DNA of 64,000 nucleotides from Patescibacteria group bacterium (GTDB lineage Bacteria; Patescibacteriota; Patescibacteriia; UBA1558; UBA10009). Below, one piece after another: positions 54,585 through 63,961 of the stretch (position 1 is the first letter of the stretch; each line of letters begins with the position of its first letter). The stretch spans positions 108,636 to 172,635 of the forward strand of contig JBAZSE010000003.1 of assembly GCA_041662565.1 (NCBI GenBank), read 5' to 3'. The notes under the pieces were generated by a model, which searched no databases, was not told the DNA's origin, and worked only from the letters and a program-made list of their open reading frames with translations. Position numbers and translations under genes: made by a program.

Positions 54585-55001
54585 TTATTTAATCTCAATT
54601 TTTACATTTTTTGCTTTAAGCTGTTCCTGTTTTGGCACGGTAATCTTTAAAATGCCGTCTTGATATTCGGCTTTAGCCAAATCGCCATTAACCCCCACCG
54701 GTAAAGCCACGCTGCGGTGAAAAGATCCGGAACGGATTTCTTTGCGATAGTAATTTTTGTCGTCAATTTCGCTTTTCTTTTCGGCTTTGCCTTCTATGGT
54801 TAAAACATCGTTTTCAATAACAATATTTACGTCATTGGGCTTAATACCGGCTAAAGGCGCCTCCACAATCACGTTATTGTTATCCTGATAAATATCCAAA
54901 CTCGGTACAAAGGCATTACTTGATAAAGCCGGAACCCCGCTGAACATTTTATCCATGTCCTCAAAGGGTTCCCAAAATGGCGTCCATTTTATAAGAGTCA
55001 T
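54585..55001 (-). CDS. Small heat-shock protein (Hsp20/alpha-crystallin family)
   Basis: Alpha-crystallin domain (PSLDIYQDNNNVIVEAPLAGIKPNDVNIVIENDVLTIEGK...SFHRSVALP). The start is taken at the internal Met (MTLIKW) to avoid overlap with grpE. Confidence 0.8.
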   Translation of the reverse strand: MTLIKWTPFWEPFEDMDKMFSGVPALSSNAFVPSLDIYQDNNNVIVEAPLAGIKPNDVNIVIENDVLTIEGKAEKKSEIDDKNYYRKEIRSGSFHRSVALPVGVNGDLAKAEYQDGILKITVPKQEQLKAKNVKIEIK

Positions 55002-55005
55002 ATAT

Positions 55006-55536
55006 TTACTCCTCCATTTCGGGCTGGCCGTTATTAATCTGGCCGCCCTGGTTAATAATAGTTGATTTATTTTCCGCCACAATTACTTGGGCGGGATAAA
55101 TTACTTTATCTTTTAATTTATAACCGGTTTTGACTTCTTTTATAATTCTATGATCCGGCTCTTCTGATTCTTGGCTGCCTACGGATTCATGATATTCCGG
55201 ATTAAATGTTTCTCCTGTGGTAGCAATTTCTTCAACTTCCAAATTGCGCAAAACATCGCCAAATCCCTTATTAATGTGCATTACTCCCTGCACCCAATCA
55301 AGCTTTTTCATCTCTTCCGGAATATGAGTTAAAGCCATTTTAAAATAATCGTATAACGGTAAAATTTCGATTAAAATCCCAGCTTTGGTAAAATCAGCGG
55401 TTTCTCTAACTTTGCTAGCCAGTTCTTTTTGCAGATTTTCGTAATCTGCCCGTGCCCTTTGCCAACCGGATAGATATTCGGCGCATTTGGCTTGTAACTC
55501 GGCTATTTGATTGTCGTCATTTTCTTGATTAGGCAT
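55006..55536 (-). CDS. grpE: Nucleotide exchange factor GrpE
   Basis: Coiled-coil N-terminus plus ...[16 protein letters not shown]... and a C-terminal beta domain. 176 aa. Confidence 0.85.
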   Translation of the reverse strand: MPNQENDDNQIAELQAKCAEYLSGWQRARADYENLQKELASKVRETADFTKAGILIEILPLYDYFKMALTHIPEEMKKLDWVQGVMHINKGFGDVLRNLEVEEIATTGETFNPEYHESVGSQESEEPDHRIIKEVKTGYKLKDKVIYPAQVIVAENKSTIINQGGQINNGQPEMEE

Positions 55537-56215
55537 AATTCCTAATAAAATTCATTAATCCTAAATTTTTTTCATAATCCATTCTCATTGGCCCTAAAAT
55601 ACCCATAATGCCACTTTTGTTTTTAAACTGCCAAGGGGCAAACACCACGCTACAATGGTTGGAAAAAGGATTTTTAGAACCGATTAAAACCCTGGTGCAA
55701 TCGATTGAAGCAAAAATTTCGCCCATTGCCTGATCCAAATGGTCTATCACCAAGCTGATATCGTAAACCAATTCGGGATTTTGAAACTCCGGCTGGGAAA
55801 ATAAATTGGATAAGCCGGTATAATAAAGGTTATTGTCGCTAAAACCGATAACCACGGCATTATTGGAAAATTCGGCAATTTTTTTGGCCAACTGTTTTAA
55901 TTGAATTTCCAAATCATCTTTAAAGGATTTTTTTAACATCTCCTGCAATTCTTTGAATTCACGGCTGGCCAATTTGCCTTCTTTAAGATGAGAGAGAAAA
56001 AAACCATAACCCTTTTCGGTTGGGATTCTGCCGGCTGAAGTATGGGGTTGAGCAATATAACCCTCCATTTCTAATTCAGCCATTTCATTCCTAATGGTGG
56101 CCGAAGAAACGCCCAAACGGGACTTTTCCTCCAAACACCTGGAACCGACCGGGCAGGCGGTTTTAATATATTCTTTTATAATTTGGGCTAAAAGCGCCCT
56201 TTTTCTATCTTCCAT
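55529..56215 (-). CDS. hrcA: Heat-inducible transcription repressor HrcA
   Basis: Winged-helix N-terminus ([24 protein letters not shown]...[34 protein letters not shown]). The start is taken at the ATG at 56215. The track's longer start runs into the CIRCE element. Confidence 0.85.
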   Translation of the reverse strand: MEDRKRALLAQIIKEYIKTACPVGSRCLEEKSRLGVSSATIRNEMAELEMEGYIAQPHTSAGRIPTEKGYGFFLSHLKEGKLASREFKELQEMLKKSFKDDLEIQLKQLAKKIAEFSNNAVVIGFSDNNLYYTGLSNLFSQPEFQNPELVYDISLVIDHLDQAMGEIFASIDCTRVLIGSKNPFSNHCSVVFAPWQFKNKSGIMGILGPMRMDYEKNLGLMNFIRNYA

Positions 56216-56222
56216 AACCAAC

Positions 56223-56249
56223 TGATTAACTTTTAGCACTCTCACCCTT
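56223..56249 (-). promoter_or_regulatory. CIRCE operator (HrcA binding site)
   Basis: Perfect TTAGCACTC-N9-GAGTGCTAA at 56223-56249, 8 nt upstream of the hrcA start. Confidence 0.9.
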
Positions 56250-56251
56250 AG

Positions 56252-56291
56252 AGTGCTAAAATCATTATAGCAAATAAAAAAATGGCGTCAA
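56252..56291 (-). promoter_or_regulatory. Sigma70-type promoter of the hrcA-grpE-hsp20-dnaK-dnaJ operon
   Basis: Minus strand has TTGACG (56286-56291), a 16-nt spacer, and TATAAT (56252-56257) directly abutting CIRCE. Confidence 0.7.
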
Positions 56292-56329
56292 GCCCGCTAA
56301 AACCAACACCAAGATGATTCTGGTGATGT

Positions 56330-57565
56330 TTATTCAAATCTTAAGGCCTCAATCGGATCCAACTTAGCCGCTTTGCGGGCAGGATACAAGCCAAACACCA
56401 AACCGATCAAAACCGAAACGCCCACTGCCCAAACCAACGACATGGGCTTAACCACAAAAACCCAATTAAAGCCCTGTGAATTGGCCGCCAAGGAAACAAC
56501 AAAAGATAAACCAATACCGAAAATAATCCCAATGATTCCGCCGGTAAAGGTTAAAAATACCGCTTCCCATAAAAATTGCAGCATGATTTTGTTTTGGCCG
56601 GCACCCACGGCCTTGCGTAGGCCGATTTCACTGGTGCGCTCGGTTACCGAAACAAGCATGATATTCATAATACCCACTCCCCCGACAATTAAAGAAACTG
56701 CCGCGATGGCAATCAGCAAAAGCGAAATCCCACCCAAAATTTTATTTAAATTATCAATGGCATCAACCATTGTGGTTACGGCAAAATCTTCTTTATCAAC
56801 ATCGGTAATATTATGACGATCTCGCATTAGCAAATTAATGTCATCAGCCGTAGCGGCGGTTAAAGCGGGATTTTTTAATTTAGCCACGATAAAAGAAACA
56901 TGATCTATGCCCATGATTAATTTTTGCAAAGAATTGAGGGGCAGATAAATAAACTCATCCATGTTCATGTACATAATGGCGCCCTTAGAAGCCATAACGC
57001 CCACCACTTTAAAATTGTGTTTGCCGATTTTAATGCTTTTGCCCAGCGGATCGCTATCGCCAAAAAATTTGGTTTTGGCTTCTGATCCCAAAACCGCCAC
57101 TCTGGCTAAACTTTTATCTTCTTCATTGGTAAAAAACCGCCCCACAGCCACTTTGCCGGAATCAATATTTAAAAAGCTGGCCGTTGTACCCCATAACTGG
57201 ATAACATCGGAATCCTGATCAGTAACGGCTACGGCTTGACCCATAACCGTTGAATAAACATCTTTAATGTTTGGCGCCTTGGCCACAGCTTCGGCATCTT
57301 GGTTTTTTAAGGTGGTAATACTGGCCTGGCCCATAGCATTAGCCGAAGAGGCCTGGGCGGCCGAGGGCACTTTGGCTTCCACTTCAATAAAATCCGAACC
57401 CCAGCTTTCCACTTGCGACATAATTAAGCCCCTTAATCCTTCGCCAGCCGAAAAAACAATAATTACCGCCATAATACCAATAACAATACCAGCAATTGTT
57501 AAAAAACTTCGCAAGCGATTGCGCCACAAGGAAGATAAGGAAATTTTTATTATACTGAAATCCAT
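56330..57565 (-). CDS. ABC transporter permease, MacB/FtsX family (paralog 2)
   Basis: N-terminal TM, a large extracytoplasmic loop (MacB_PCD-like), and C-terminal FtsX 3-TM bundle. 411 aa. Paralog of 57698-58933. Confidence 0.8.
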   Translation of the reverse strand: MDFSIIKISLSSLWRNRLRSFLTIAGIVIGIMAVIIVFSAGEGLRGLIMSQVESWGSDFIEVEAKVPSAAQASSANAMGQASITTLKNQDAEAVAKAPNIKDVYSTVMGQAVAVTDQDSDVIQLWGTTASFLNIDSGKVAVGRFFTNEEDKSLARVAVLGSEAKTKFFGDSDPLGKSIKIGKHNFKVVGVMASKGAIMYMNMDEFIYLPLNSLQKLIMGIDHVSFIVAKLKNPALTAATADDINLLMRDRHNITDVDKEDFAVTTMVDAIDNLNKILGGISLLLIAIAAVSLIVGGVGIMNIMLVSVTERTSEIGLRKAVGAGQNKIMLQFLWEAVFLTFTGGIIGIIFGIGLSFVVSLAANSQGFNWVFVVKPMSLVWAVGVSVLIGLVFGLYPARKAAKLDPIEALRFE

Positions 57566-57600
57566 ATAGATTTATCTTCAGAAAATGACTAAACAGTGTA

Positions 57601-57675
57601 GGCGAGCCAGATAAAAATTTATTAGCGGGACGCTCGAGTACTCACGAAAGCTAATAAATTTTCATCTGGCTCGCC
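57601..57675. repeat. 26-bp near-perfect inverted repeat between the two permease paralogs
   Basis: ggcgagccagataaaaatttattagc (57601-57626) pairs with gctaataaattttcatctggctcgcc (57650-57675) with one mismatch. The loop contains the palindrome gagtactc. Confidence 0.6.
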
Positions 57676-57697
57676 AAACTTATTTGATATTTAAAAA

Positions 57698-58933
57698 CTA
57701 CTCATATCTTAGGGCCTCAATGGGATCCAAATGAGCTGCCCGCTTGGCCGGAAAATATCCGAAAATTATGCCAATGCCTGCCGAAACAGCCACACTAACA
57801 GCAATAGACAAAGGCGAAACAATAAATTCCCAAGCATAACCCAAATAACCGGCAACTAAAGCCACAAGGCCTGCCACGCCTGCGCCCAGCAAAACTCCGA
57901 TAATACCGGCTAAAGAAGTTAAAATCATGGCCTCAACCAAGAATTGCTTTAAAATACTACCCTCCTGGGCGCCCACTGCTTTGCGCAAACCTATTTCTCT
58001 AGTGCGTTCGGTTACCGCCACATACATAATGTTCATAATACCCACTCCGCCCACCAATAAAGAGATGGCAGCAATGGCTGCCAAAAAAAACTTTAAAGCA
58101 TTGGTAATTGTAGAAAGAGCCGCTAAAGCTTCGGCCTGATCTCTAACATCAAAATCGTCATTATTGGCTTTTTGGATATTATGCCGCGCTCGCAACACTT
58201 CTTTGATGCCAACAATGGCTTGAGGCACTTCTTCGGAACTGCGAATTTTAGCCCTGATTAAATGAAGATAATTAATGCCTAACAACAATTTTTGTCCGGA
58301 GGAAATAGGTAAAAAAACTTGGCTATCCGGGCTTTGAAAACCAACCGATCCCCTTTCCTTAATAACGCCGATAACTTCAAAACTTTCCCGCTTGATTTTT
58401 AAATGTTGACCCAAAGGATCCTGATCACCAAATAAATCATGAGCCGCTTTGGAACCAAGCACTACCACTCTGGCAACTCCCTTTTCTTCCGATTCACTAA
58501 AAAACCGGCCTTGAACCAAAGTAACATCTTCGACCGAAGTATAACTGGCCATCGTGCCCAAAAAAGTTGCGGAAATTTTTTGATTCTGCCAGGTGATTGT
58601 TTCGTTACCTTGAACAAAAGCAGCCACGGCTAACACTTCCGGTACTTGTTTTAAAATCGCCTCGGCATCGGCGGTTTTTAAGGTAGTAACCGTAATGCCA
58701 TAAGCAATGGCGGGTGGACCGTCTTTATCGGCTGCTCCAGGCATAATGCCAACTAAATTGGAACCGACTTTTTCTATTTGGGAAAAAATCAAACTTTGTG
58801 CTCCGGCGCCAACCGACATTATGATAATAACCGAAGAAATGCCGATGATAATACCCAGCATGGTTAAAAAACTGCGGGTTTTATTGGACCGCAAGCTGAT
58901 AAACGAAAGCTTAATGATGCTTGAAAGATTCAT
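57698..58933 (-). CDS. ABC transporter permease, MacB/FtsX family (paralog 1)
   Basis: Same architecture as 56330-57565, with a similar N-terminus (SLRSNKTRSFLTMLGIIIGISSVI). Confidence 0.8.
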   Translation of the reverse strand: MNLSSIIKLSFISLRSNKTRSFLTMLGIIIGISSVIIIMSVGAGAQSLIFSQIEKVGSNLVGIMPGAADKDGPPAIAYGITVTTLKTADAEAILKQVPEVLAVAAFVQGNETITWQNQKISATFLGTMASYTSVEDVTLVQGRFFSESEEKGVARVVVLGSKAAHDLFGDQDPLGQHLKIKRESFEVIGVIKERGSVGFQSPDSQVFLPISSGQKLLLGINYLHLIRAKIRSSEEVPQAIVGIKEVLRARHNIQKANNDDFDVRDQAEALAALSTITNALKFFLAAIAAISLLVGGVGIMNIMYVAVTERTREIGLRKAVGAQEGSILKQFLVEAMILTSLAGIIGVLLGAGVAGLVALVAGYLGYAWEFIVSPLSIAVSVAVSAGIGIIFGYFPAKRAAHLDPIEALRYE

Positions 58934-58938
58934 AAACG

Positions 58939-59010
58939 TGTATCGCGTATCGTGTATCCTGTATCGCGTAACGCATCAACAATAAAACTGGATACAGGTT
59001 ACACGATACA
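58939..59010. repeat. Tandem GTATCNN heptamer repeats (x4) with complementary distal arms, in the ABC-ATPase/permease intergenic spacer
   Basis: gtatcgc gtatcgt gtatcct gtatcgc at 58939-58966. Complementary ggatacagg / tacacgatacacg at 58990-59010. Confidence 0.5.
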
Positions 59011-59013
59011 CGA

Positions 59014-59727
59014 CTATTTAACCAATTCGCCATCTTTGGTTGAACGCCGTTTTTCTACCTGGTAATCCTGAACAATGGCGCCATCGTATAATTTAATGAT
59101 TCTTTGGGCATGGTTGGCGGTATCCTGTTCGTGAGTTACCAAGATAATTGTTTTTCCTTGAGAATTTAATTTTTCTAAAATTTCCATGATTTGGTTGCCG
59201 GATTTGGAATCCAAATTACCGGTTGGTTCATCGGCAAAAATCACGCTGGGATTGTTAACCAACGCCCTGGCAATAGCCACCCTTTGTTTTTCACCGCCCG
59301 AAAGCTGAGAAGGAACATGATTAATCCGATGGGTCAAACCCACGGCCTCAATGGCCTCTTTGGCGATTTTTTCCTTATGAGGAATGTTATTATAAATCAA
59401 AGGAAGTTTAACGTTTTCCAAAACAGTGGTTTTAGGCAGTAAAAAAAACGATTGAAACACAAAACCGACCTCATTATTCCTAATCAAAGCAAGTTTTAAA
59501 TCGTCAAAATCTTTGGTTTCTTGGCCTTTAAACAAATAACTACCTTCGGTGAGATGGTCTAAAAACCCCAAAATGTGCATTAAGGTGGATTTGCCGGAAC
59601 CAGATGGGCCCATAATGGCCACAAACTCGCCCTGTTTAATTTCAAAATTAAGGCCGCCTAAAACAGAAGTCACAACTTCATCATTAACGTAATTTTTGGT
59701 TAAATTGGCAACCTTAATTAAATCCAT
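59014..59727 (-). CDS. ABC transporter ATP-binding protein (MacB/LolD-type NBD)
   Basis: Walker [10 protein letters not shown]. Signature [15 protein letters not shown]. Walker [13 protein letters not shown]. Confidence 0.9.
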   Translation of the reverse strand: MDLIKVANLTKNYVNDEVVTSVLGGLNFEIKQGEFVAIMGPSGSGKSTLMHILGFLDHLTEGSYLFKGQETKDFDDLKLALIRNNEVGFVFQSFFLLPKTTVLENVKLPLIYNNIPHKEKIAKEAIEAVGLTHRINHVPSQLSGGEKQRVAIARALVNNPSVIFADEPTGNLDSKSGNQIMEILEKLNSQGKTIILVTHEQDTANHAQRIIKLYDGAIVQDYQVEKRRSTKDGELVK

Positions 59728-59733
59728 CTGGGT

Positions 59734-61401
59734 TTATTTAGTTTCTTTAACAAAAGTGATAATTGTTTCGCCTTCGGTTAAGCCCGATAAAATTTCAATC
59801 AAACCGTCATCTGCCCGCAAACCCGTCATCACTTCTTTTTCCTGGGGCAAATTATTGGCTAAAACCTTAACCAAGCGAGTAGCACCTTTTTCCACTACTG
59901 CCCTCTGAGGAATATACAAAACATCCTGACGTTGATTGGTTAAGATAATGATATTGGCGGTCATGCCGGATTTAATATCGGTTTCTTTTTGGTCAAAGGT
60001 AACTTTGACTTTGTAATAGACAACATCGTTTATAATAGTTTCGGCAGGATCAATAAAAGTCACGTGGCTGGGGAAAACCCGATCTTCGTCAAAAGCATCC
60101 AAAGTTACCGAAGCCAAATCCCCAACTTTTATTTTGGCGATATCCGATTCCGGCACATCAACTTTGATTTCAAAATTACTAACCCCGATCAAAGAAGCTG
60201 CCACCTGGTTAACCCCCACGTATTCGCCTTTTTCGTAATTGATTTTGGTAATCAAACCATCAACCGGGGCTCGCAAACTGTAATCGGATAAATCAGCCAA
60301 GGCCTTTTGCAAATTGGCTTTGGCCTGGGCCACTTTAGCTTGAGCCAAATCCAGTTGAAAATCCCTAGGCCCGGCCTTTTTAAGATCCAATTGGGCTAAA
60401 GCAATATCCCAAGCCGCCCGAGAGGCGATTAAATTATTTTCCGCGTCTTTTAAGCCGTTTTCATATTCCACTGATTTGGTTTGCAAACTGGATTTAGCCG
60501 TTTGGCCTGCGGAAATTTTAGTTGCCAAAGCGGTTTGGTCGGTGGTAACAGTGCTCTTAAAGGTATCGATTTGGGTTTGGCTTAAATTGCCGCCCGGTGC
60601 GGCCTTACTTAACAAATCATAAGTAATGTCCAAAATTTCATCAACCGCTTTAAGCGAGCCATCCACCACATCCAATAACGCCACTAAATCGCCAATGGAA
60701 CTATTGACCGAATATTGATTGATGATACTTTCCAAATTATTTCTTTTAAGGATGGCTTGGTCATAACTATTTGAAGCTTTGGTGTAAGTAAAACCGAAAA
60801 CCTTAAAATAGTCCTTATAATCGGCGCTGTTGATAATATAATTAACATCTTCCAAAGATGATTTAGCCAAAAACAAACTTTCATTGGCCTTATTTAAGGC
60901 CTGTTCTTTTAAAGAATTTAAATTTTGCTCATTTTCCGCCTTGGTCTGGCTTAAATTTGCTTCAGCGGTAACAAAATTTGCCCTAGCTTGATCCAATTGA
61001 GCCTGAGTAACACTTAATTCTTCCTGGCTGGAACCCGCCTTAACGCTGGCTAAATCGGCATTGGCTTGAGCGAGCGAGGCCTGGGCAGCCGAAACAATGC
61101 TTGAGGCCTGGCCTGAACCCAAACTCATTATTAATTGTCCTGCCTTTACTTCGGTGCCGGCTAAGACATAAATTTTTTGCACCTGGCCGCCGATTTGGAA
61201 ATTTAGGTTTGTTTCCGAGGTTGATTCCACTTTGCCGGTAGCCGAAACGGTTTGAATTAAGTTGCCCCGTTTAACAACTTCGGTTAAATAATTGCCGGTT
61301 AGGTCTTTATTTTTATTCTTTAAAAACAAGACCGAACCAACAGCTAAAAGCGCAATAATCAGCCAAAATGTTTTTGATTTGATAATTTTTTTAAACCACA
61401 T
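59734..61401 (-). CDS. HlyD/MacA-family periplasmic adaptor (membrane fusion protein)
   Basis: N-terminal TM anchor, biotin-lipoyl-like and long coiled-coil hairpin regions, beta-barrel C-terminus. 555 aa. Confidence 0.75.
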   Translation of the reverse strand: MWFKKIIKSKTFWLIIALLAVGSVLFLKNKNKDLTGNYLTEVVKRGNLIQTVSATGKVESTSETNLNFQIGGQVQKIYVLAGTEVKAGQLIMSLGSGQASSIVSAAQASLAQANADLASVKAGSSQEELSVTQAQLDQARANFVTAEANLSQTKAENEQNLNSLKEQALNKANESLFLAKSSLEDVNYIINSADYKDYFKVFGFTYTKASNSYDQAILKRNNLESIINQYSVNSSIGDLVALLDVVDGSLKAVDEILDITYDLLSKAAPGGNLSQTQIDTFKSTVTTDQTALATKISAGQTAKSSLQTKSVEYENGLKDAENNLIASRAAWDIALAQLDLKKAGPRDFQLDLAQAKVAQAKANLQKALADLSDYSLRAPVDGLITKINYEKGEYVGVNQVAASLIGVSNFEIKVDVPESDIAKIKVGDLASVTLDAFDEDRVFPSHVTFIDPAETIINDVVYYKVKVTFDQKETDIKSGMTANIIILTNQRQDVLYIPQRAVVEKGATRLVKVLANNLPQEKEVMTGLRADDGLIEILSGLTEGETIITFVKETK

Positions 61402-61510
61402 ATGAAATTATTTTTCTTTGATTAATTAAGCCATTATAGCCCCAAAAAGCCAATTTGTCAACAAAAAAATTTGCCCAAAAAATAAGACAAATTTTTAAAT
61501 AATCCTTAAA

Positions 61511-62668
61511 TTACAAAAACCACAAAGTGTAGGCAATGCCCCCGATAAAAAGCAGAGAAAGTAAAACGACAATTAAAGGATTTTTAGATAACTGATATTC
61601 CGGCACACGCTTGGCTTGCGATCTAAGTTTTAAAAAAATGATGCCAATAATTATACCCTCAATGCCTCCGGCTAAAGAACCGGCCACCGACATAACCTTG
61701 GTAAAGCTGGTAATACCGAAAATAAGCAAAACCAAGGGCAAACTGACTGTTAACAACCAGCTTTTCTTGGCTGAAAAATTAAAATCCAATTGAAAAGTGG
61801 ATTTTAAAGCAAAGCCCAAGGTTAAAAAACCGGTGGCCATGGCAAAAAAAGCAAATAAGTTGCCAAAGACCAGCATCGGTCGCCCTAAAATTTTGCCCAA
61901 ACCAACCGTGGCCACTTCGGTAATATGAACGCCGGATACCCCAAGGGCGATAAAGGTAAATAAAATATAAACCGCCAAAGGAATTAAAGTGCCGATAATA
62001 ATGCTTTTTTTAACTTCTTTTTCCCGACCTTTTAAAACCTGCCTTAAAGCCGGCATGGCCGAAAGTCCGCCCATGGAGAAAAAGATTACTCCATAAGGAA
62101 ATAAAATTTTACTTAAATCAAAAGTTTGTAAATTGGCCAAATGCAAATTACCAAAACTTAGCCAAGCGATTAAAAAAATTACCAGAATTAATAATGAAGT
62201 TAAAATCAGTTCAATTTCTTTTATCACATTAAGGCCCAAATAAAGCAAAGAACTTCCAAAAACAAAAAATATCAAACTGTAAACCATGGGATTACCACCT
62301 GCCAAAGCTGCTAAAACCTGGCCTTCACCGATTAAATACACCAACAAAGCTCCGTAAAAACCCAATAAGACGGGAATAAAAGTTACGTATTTACCAATCT
62401 TGCCCAAATATTTTTCGGCATAGCCGGTTAATTGATGTGAAGATGGGGTGCTTAAGATTATTTCGCCGAATTGCAAATTTACCAACAAAACAGCCAAAGC
62501 CACCACTACCATTAAAATAACCCCGCTTAAAAAGCCGGTTTGGTAAATAGCATAGGGTATACCCAAAACTCCGGCCCCAATGATGGTTCCGACTAAAATG
62601 GCTATGCCCTGAAAAACAGGTTGTTCATTTTTCATAAAATTTAAATTACAATTTAAAATTGTTTCCAA
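61511..62668 (-). CDS. Amino-acid permease (Trp/Tyr-permease/Aa_trans-like)
   Basis: 11 TM helices. N-terminal GIAILVGTIIGAGVLGIPYAIYQTGF motif is typical of the aromatic amino-acid/HAAAP permease family. Confidence 0.6.
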   Translation of the reverse strand: METILNCNLNFMKNEQPVFQGIAILVGTIIGAGVLGIPYAIYQTGFLSGVILMVVVALAVLLVNLQFGEIILSTPSSHQLTGYAEKYLGKIGKYVTFIPVLLGFYGALLVYLIGEGQVLAALAGGNPMVYSLIFFVFGSSLLYLGLNVIKEIELILTSLLILVIFLIAWLSFGNLHLANLQTFDLSKILFPYGVIFFSMGGLSAMPALRQVLKGREKEVKKSIIIGTLIPLAVYILFTFIALGVSGVHITEVATVGLGKILGRPMLVFGNLFAFFAMATGFLTLGFALKSTFQLDFNFSAKKSWLLTVSLPLVLLIFGITSFTKVMSVAGSLAGGIEGIIIGIIFLKLRSQAKRVPEYQLSKNPLIVVLLSLLFIGGIAYTLWFL

Positions 62669-63651
62669 ATATCCAAAGCTTCATTCCAAATACTACTATC
62701 ACCTTGCTCGCGCAGCCAATACCACCACTCTGCGCCCCACAAATAAACAGGGCTTAAGCCGGTTCTTTTTATATAAGCCAAATTATTCTTAAATTTATCC
62801 AAATTCATAGAATGCATCTGATCGCTTAGCGGAACATTTAAAATAGGCATGCTTAACCAGGGCTCCATTTGCATTTCCGAAACAAAAACCTTATCCACGC
62901 CGGTGATAAACTTAACCAGCTCGCCTTTAAGATAGTAATAGGCCGGTGGCAAGGGATAATAAAAATAACCAAACAACTTATTCCAGGTAATGCGGTAAAC
63001 ACTTACTCCCAGCCAATCGGACCACTTCCCTCCTCTTAACCAAGTAGAAAGCTCGCCTGATTCGGTAATTATCACCGGTCGGGCATCCAAAGATTTAATT
63101 AAAGCGATTTCCTTTTTATAAAATGACAAATCGGATTTAGGGCACTCGCCGAAGATTTTTAAAAATGGTTCATTTTCTACCTGCCAAGCAATTATCCCCG
63201 GTCTGGTTTGATAACGAGAAACAATAGTATTCAATAAAGTTAATATTTGGTTCTGCCTATCGACCTCGTTGTATTGATAAGCCCAAGAAGGCCAATGGCA
63301 TTCGGGCCATCTGGGCACCCTGTTCCCCATGGCTAAAACCACTTGTCCGCCTCTTTGCTCTATTTGGCTTATCTGCCAATCCAAATCGGTAAAATCATAA
63401 TTGTTGGGTTGTTGTTCCAATAGATCCCAATAAGCCACAACTCTAAATTGCCTAACACCTAATTCATCCAATAAACCAGTTAAAACTTTGCGCCAATCCA
63501 AATTTAATGACGTTGCGTATTTTTGGCTGAATGTTATCCCAAAAACAGCGCTTTGTTTTTTGCCAAAATCAGCCAGATACAACCATAAAATAATCAAACC
63601 CAAAAAAAGCAAAAGAATTACATCAATGGTCCATTTAGTTCGCTTAAACAT
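62653..63651 (-). CDS. Membrane-anchored putative glycoside hydrolase (TIM-barrel, NEP acid/base motif)
   Basis: N-terminal TM helix. WQVENEPF resembles the GH clan-A catalytic NEP motif. 332 aa. Confidence 0.4.
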   Translation of the reverse strand: MFKRTKWTIDVILLLFLGLIILWLYLADFGKKQSAVFGITFSQKYATSLNLDWRKVLTGLLDELGVRQFRVVAYWDLLEQQPNNYDFTDLDWQISQIEQRGGQVVLAMGNRVPRWPECHWPSWAYQYNEVDRQNQILTLLNTIVSRYQTRPGIIAWQVENEPFLKIFGECPKSDLSFYKKEIALIKSLDARPVIITESGELSTWLRGGKWSDWLGVSVYRITWNKLFGYFYYPLPPAYYYLKGELVKFITGVDKVFVSEMQMEPWLSMPILNVPLSDQMHSMNLDKFKNNLAYIKRTGLSPVYLWGAEWWYWLREQGDSSIWNEALDIWKQF

Positions 63652-63658
63652 TGCTTAT

Positions 63659-63961
63659 TTAAATTAGAATCAAAATTACCCCAACAACCAAAAACAAGCT
63701 CCAAAAAACTTTTTGTAAAACGGCTTTTTGATCGAGCGGCTCGTTTATTAAGCGTGGATAAAATTTGGAAAAAAAATAAATCAACAAAAGAATGAAAAGA
63801 AATTGCAGACCGTTTAAAGCTGTTACCACAATAACGTTGCCCAGTTTAACGGCGTATTGCATTAAAATAACTCCCAAACTGCCAACTACTTGTCCAAAAA
63901 TAAAAATACCCAAAGCCGCTTTAACTTTAACCTCTTCTTTTCGTTTGCTTTTGTTTGCCAA
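63659..63961 (-). CDS. Small 3-4 TM membrane protein (EamA/DMT half-domain-like)
   Basis: 100-aa ORF with consecutive hydrophobic helices. Bounded upstream by an in-frame stop at 63989-63991. Confidence 0.4.
   Translation of the reverse strand: MANKSKRKEEVKVKAALGIFIFGQVVGSLGVILMQYAVKLGNVIVVTALNGLQFLFILLLIYFFSKFYPRLINEPLDQKAVLQKVFWSLFLVVGVILILI

Noticed and set aside
54239-54598. 119-aa ORF overlapping the Zn-ribbon ORF in a different frame
   Set aside because: Arg-rich low-complexity composition (RLFGRANRDFNRSGSRIFGLHVLRVLRF) and overlap with a better-looking ORF and with the hsp20 start. Treated as an artefact.
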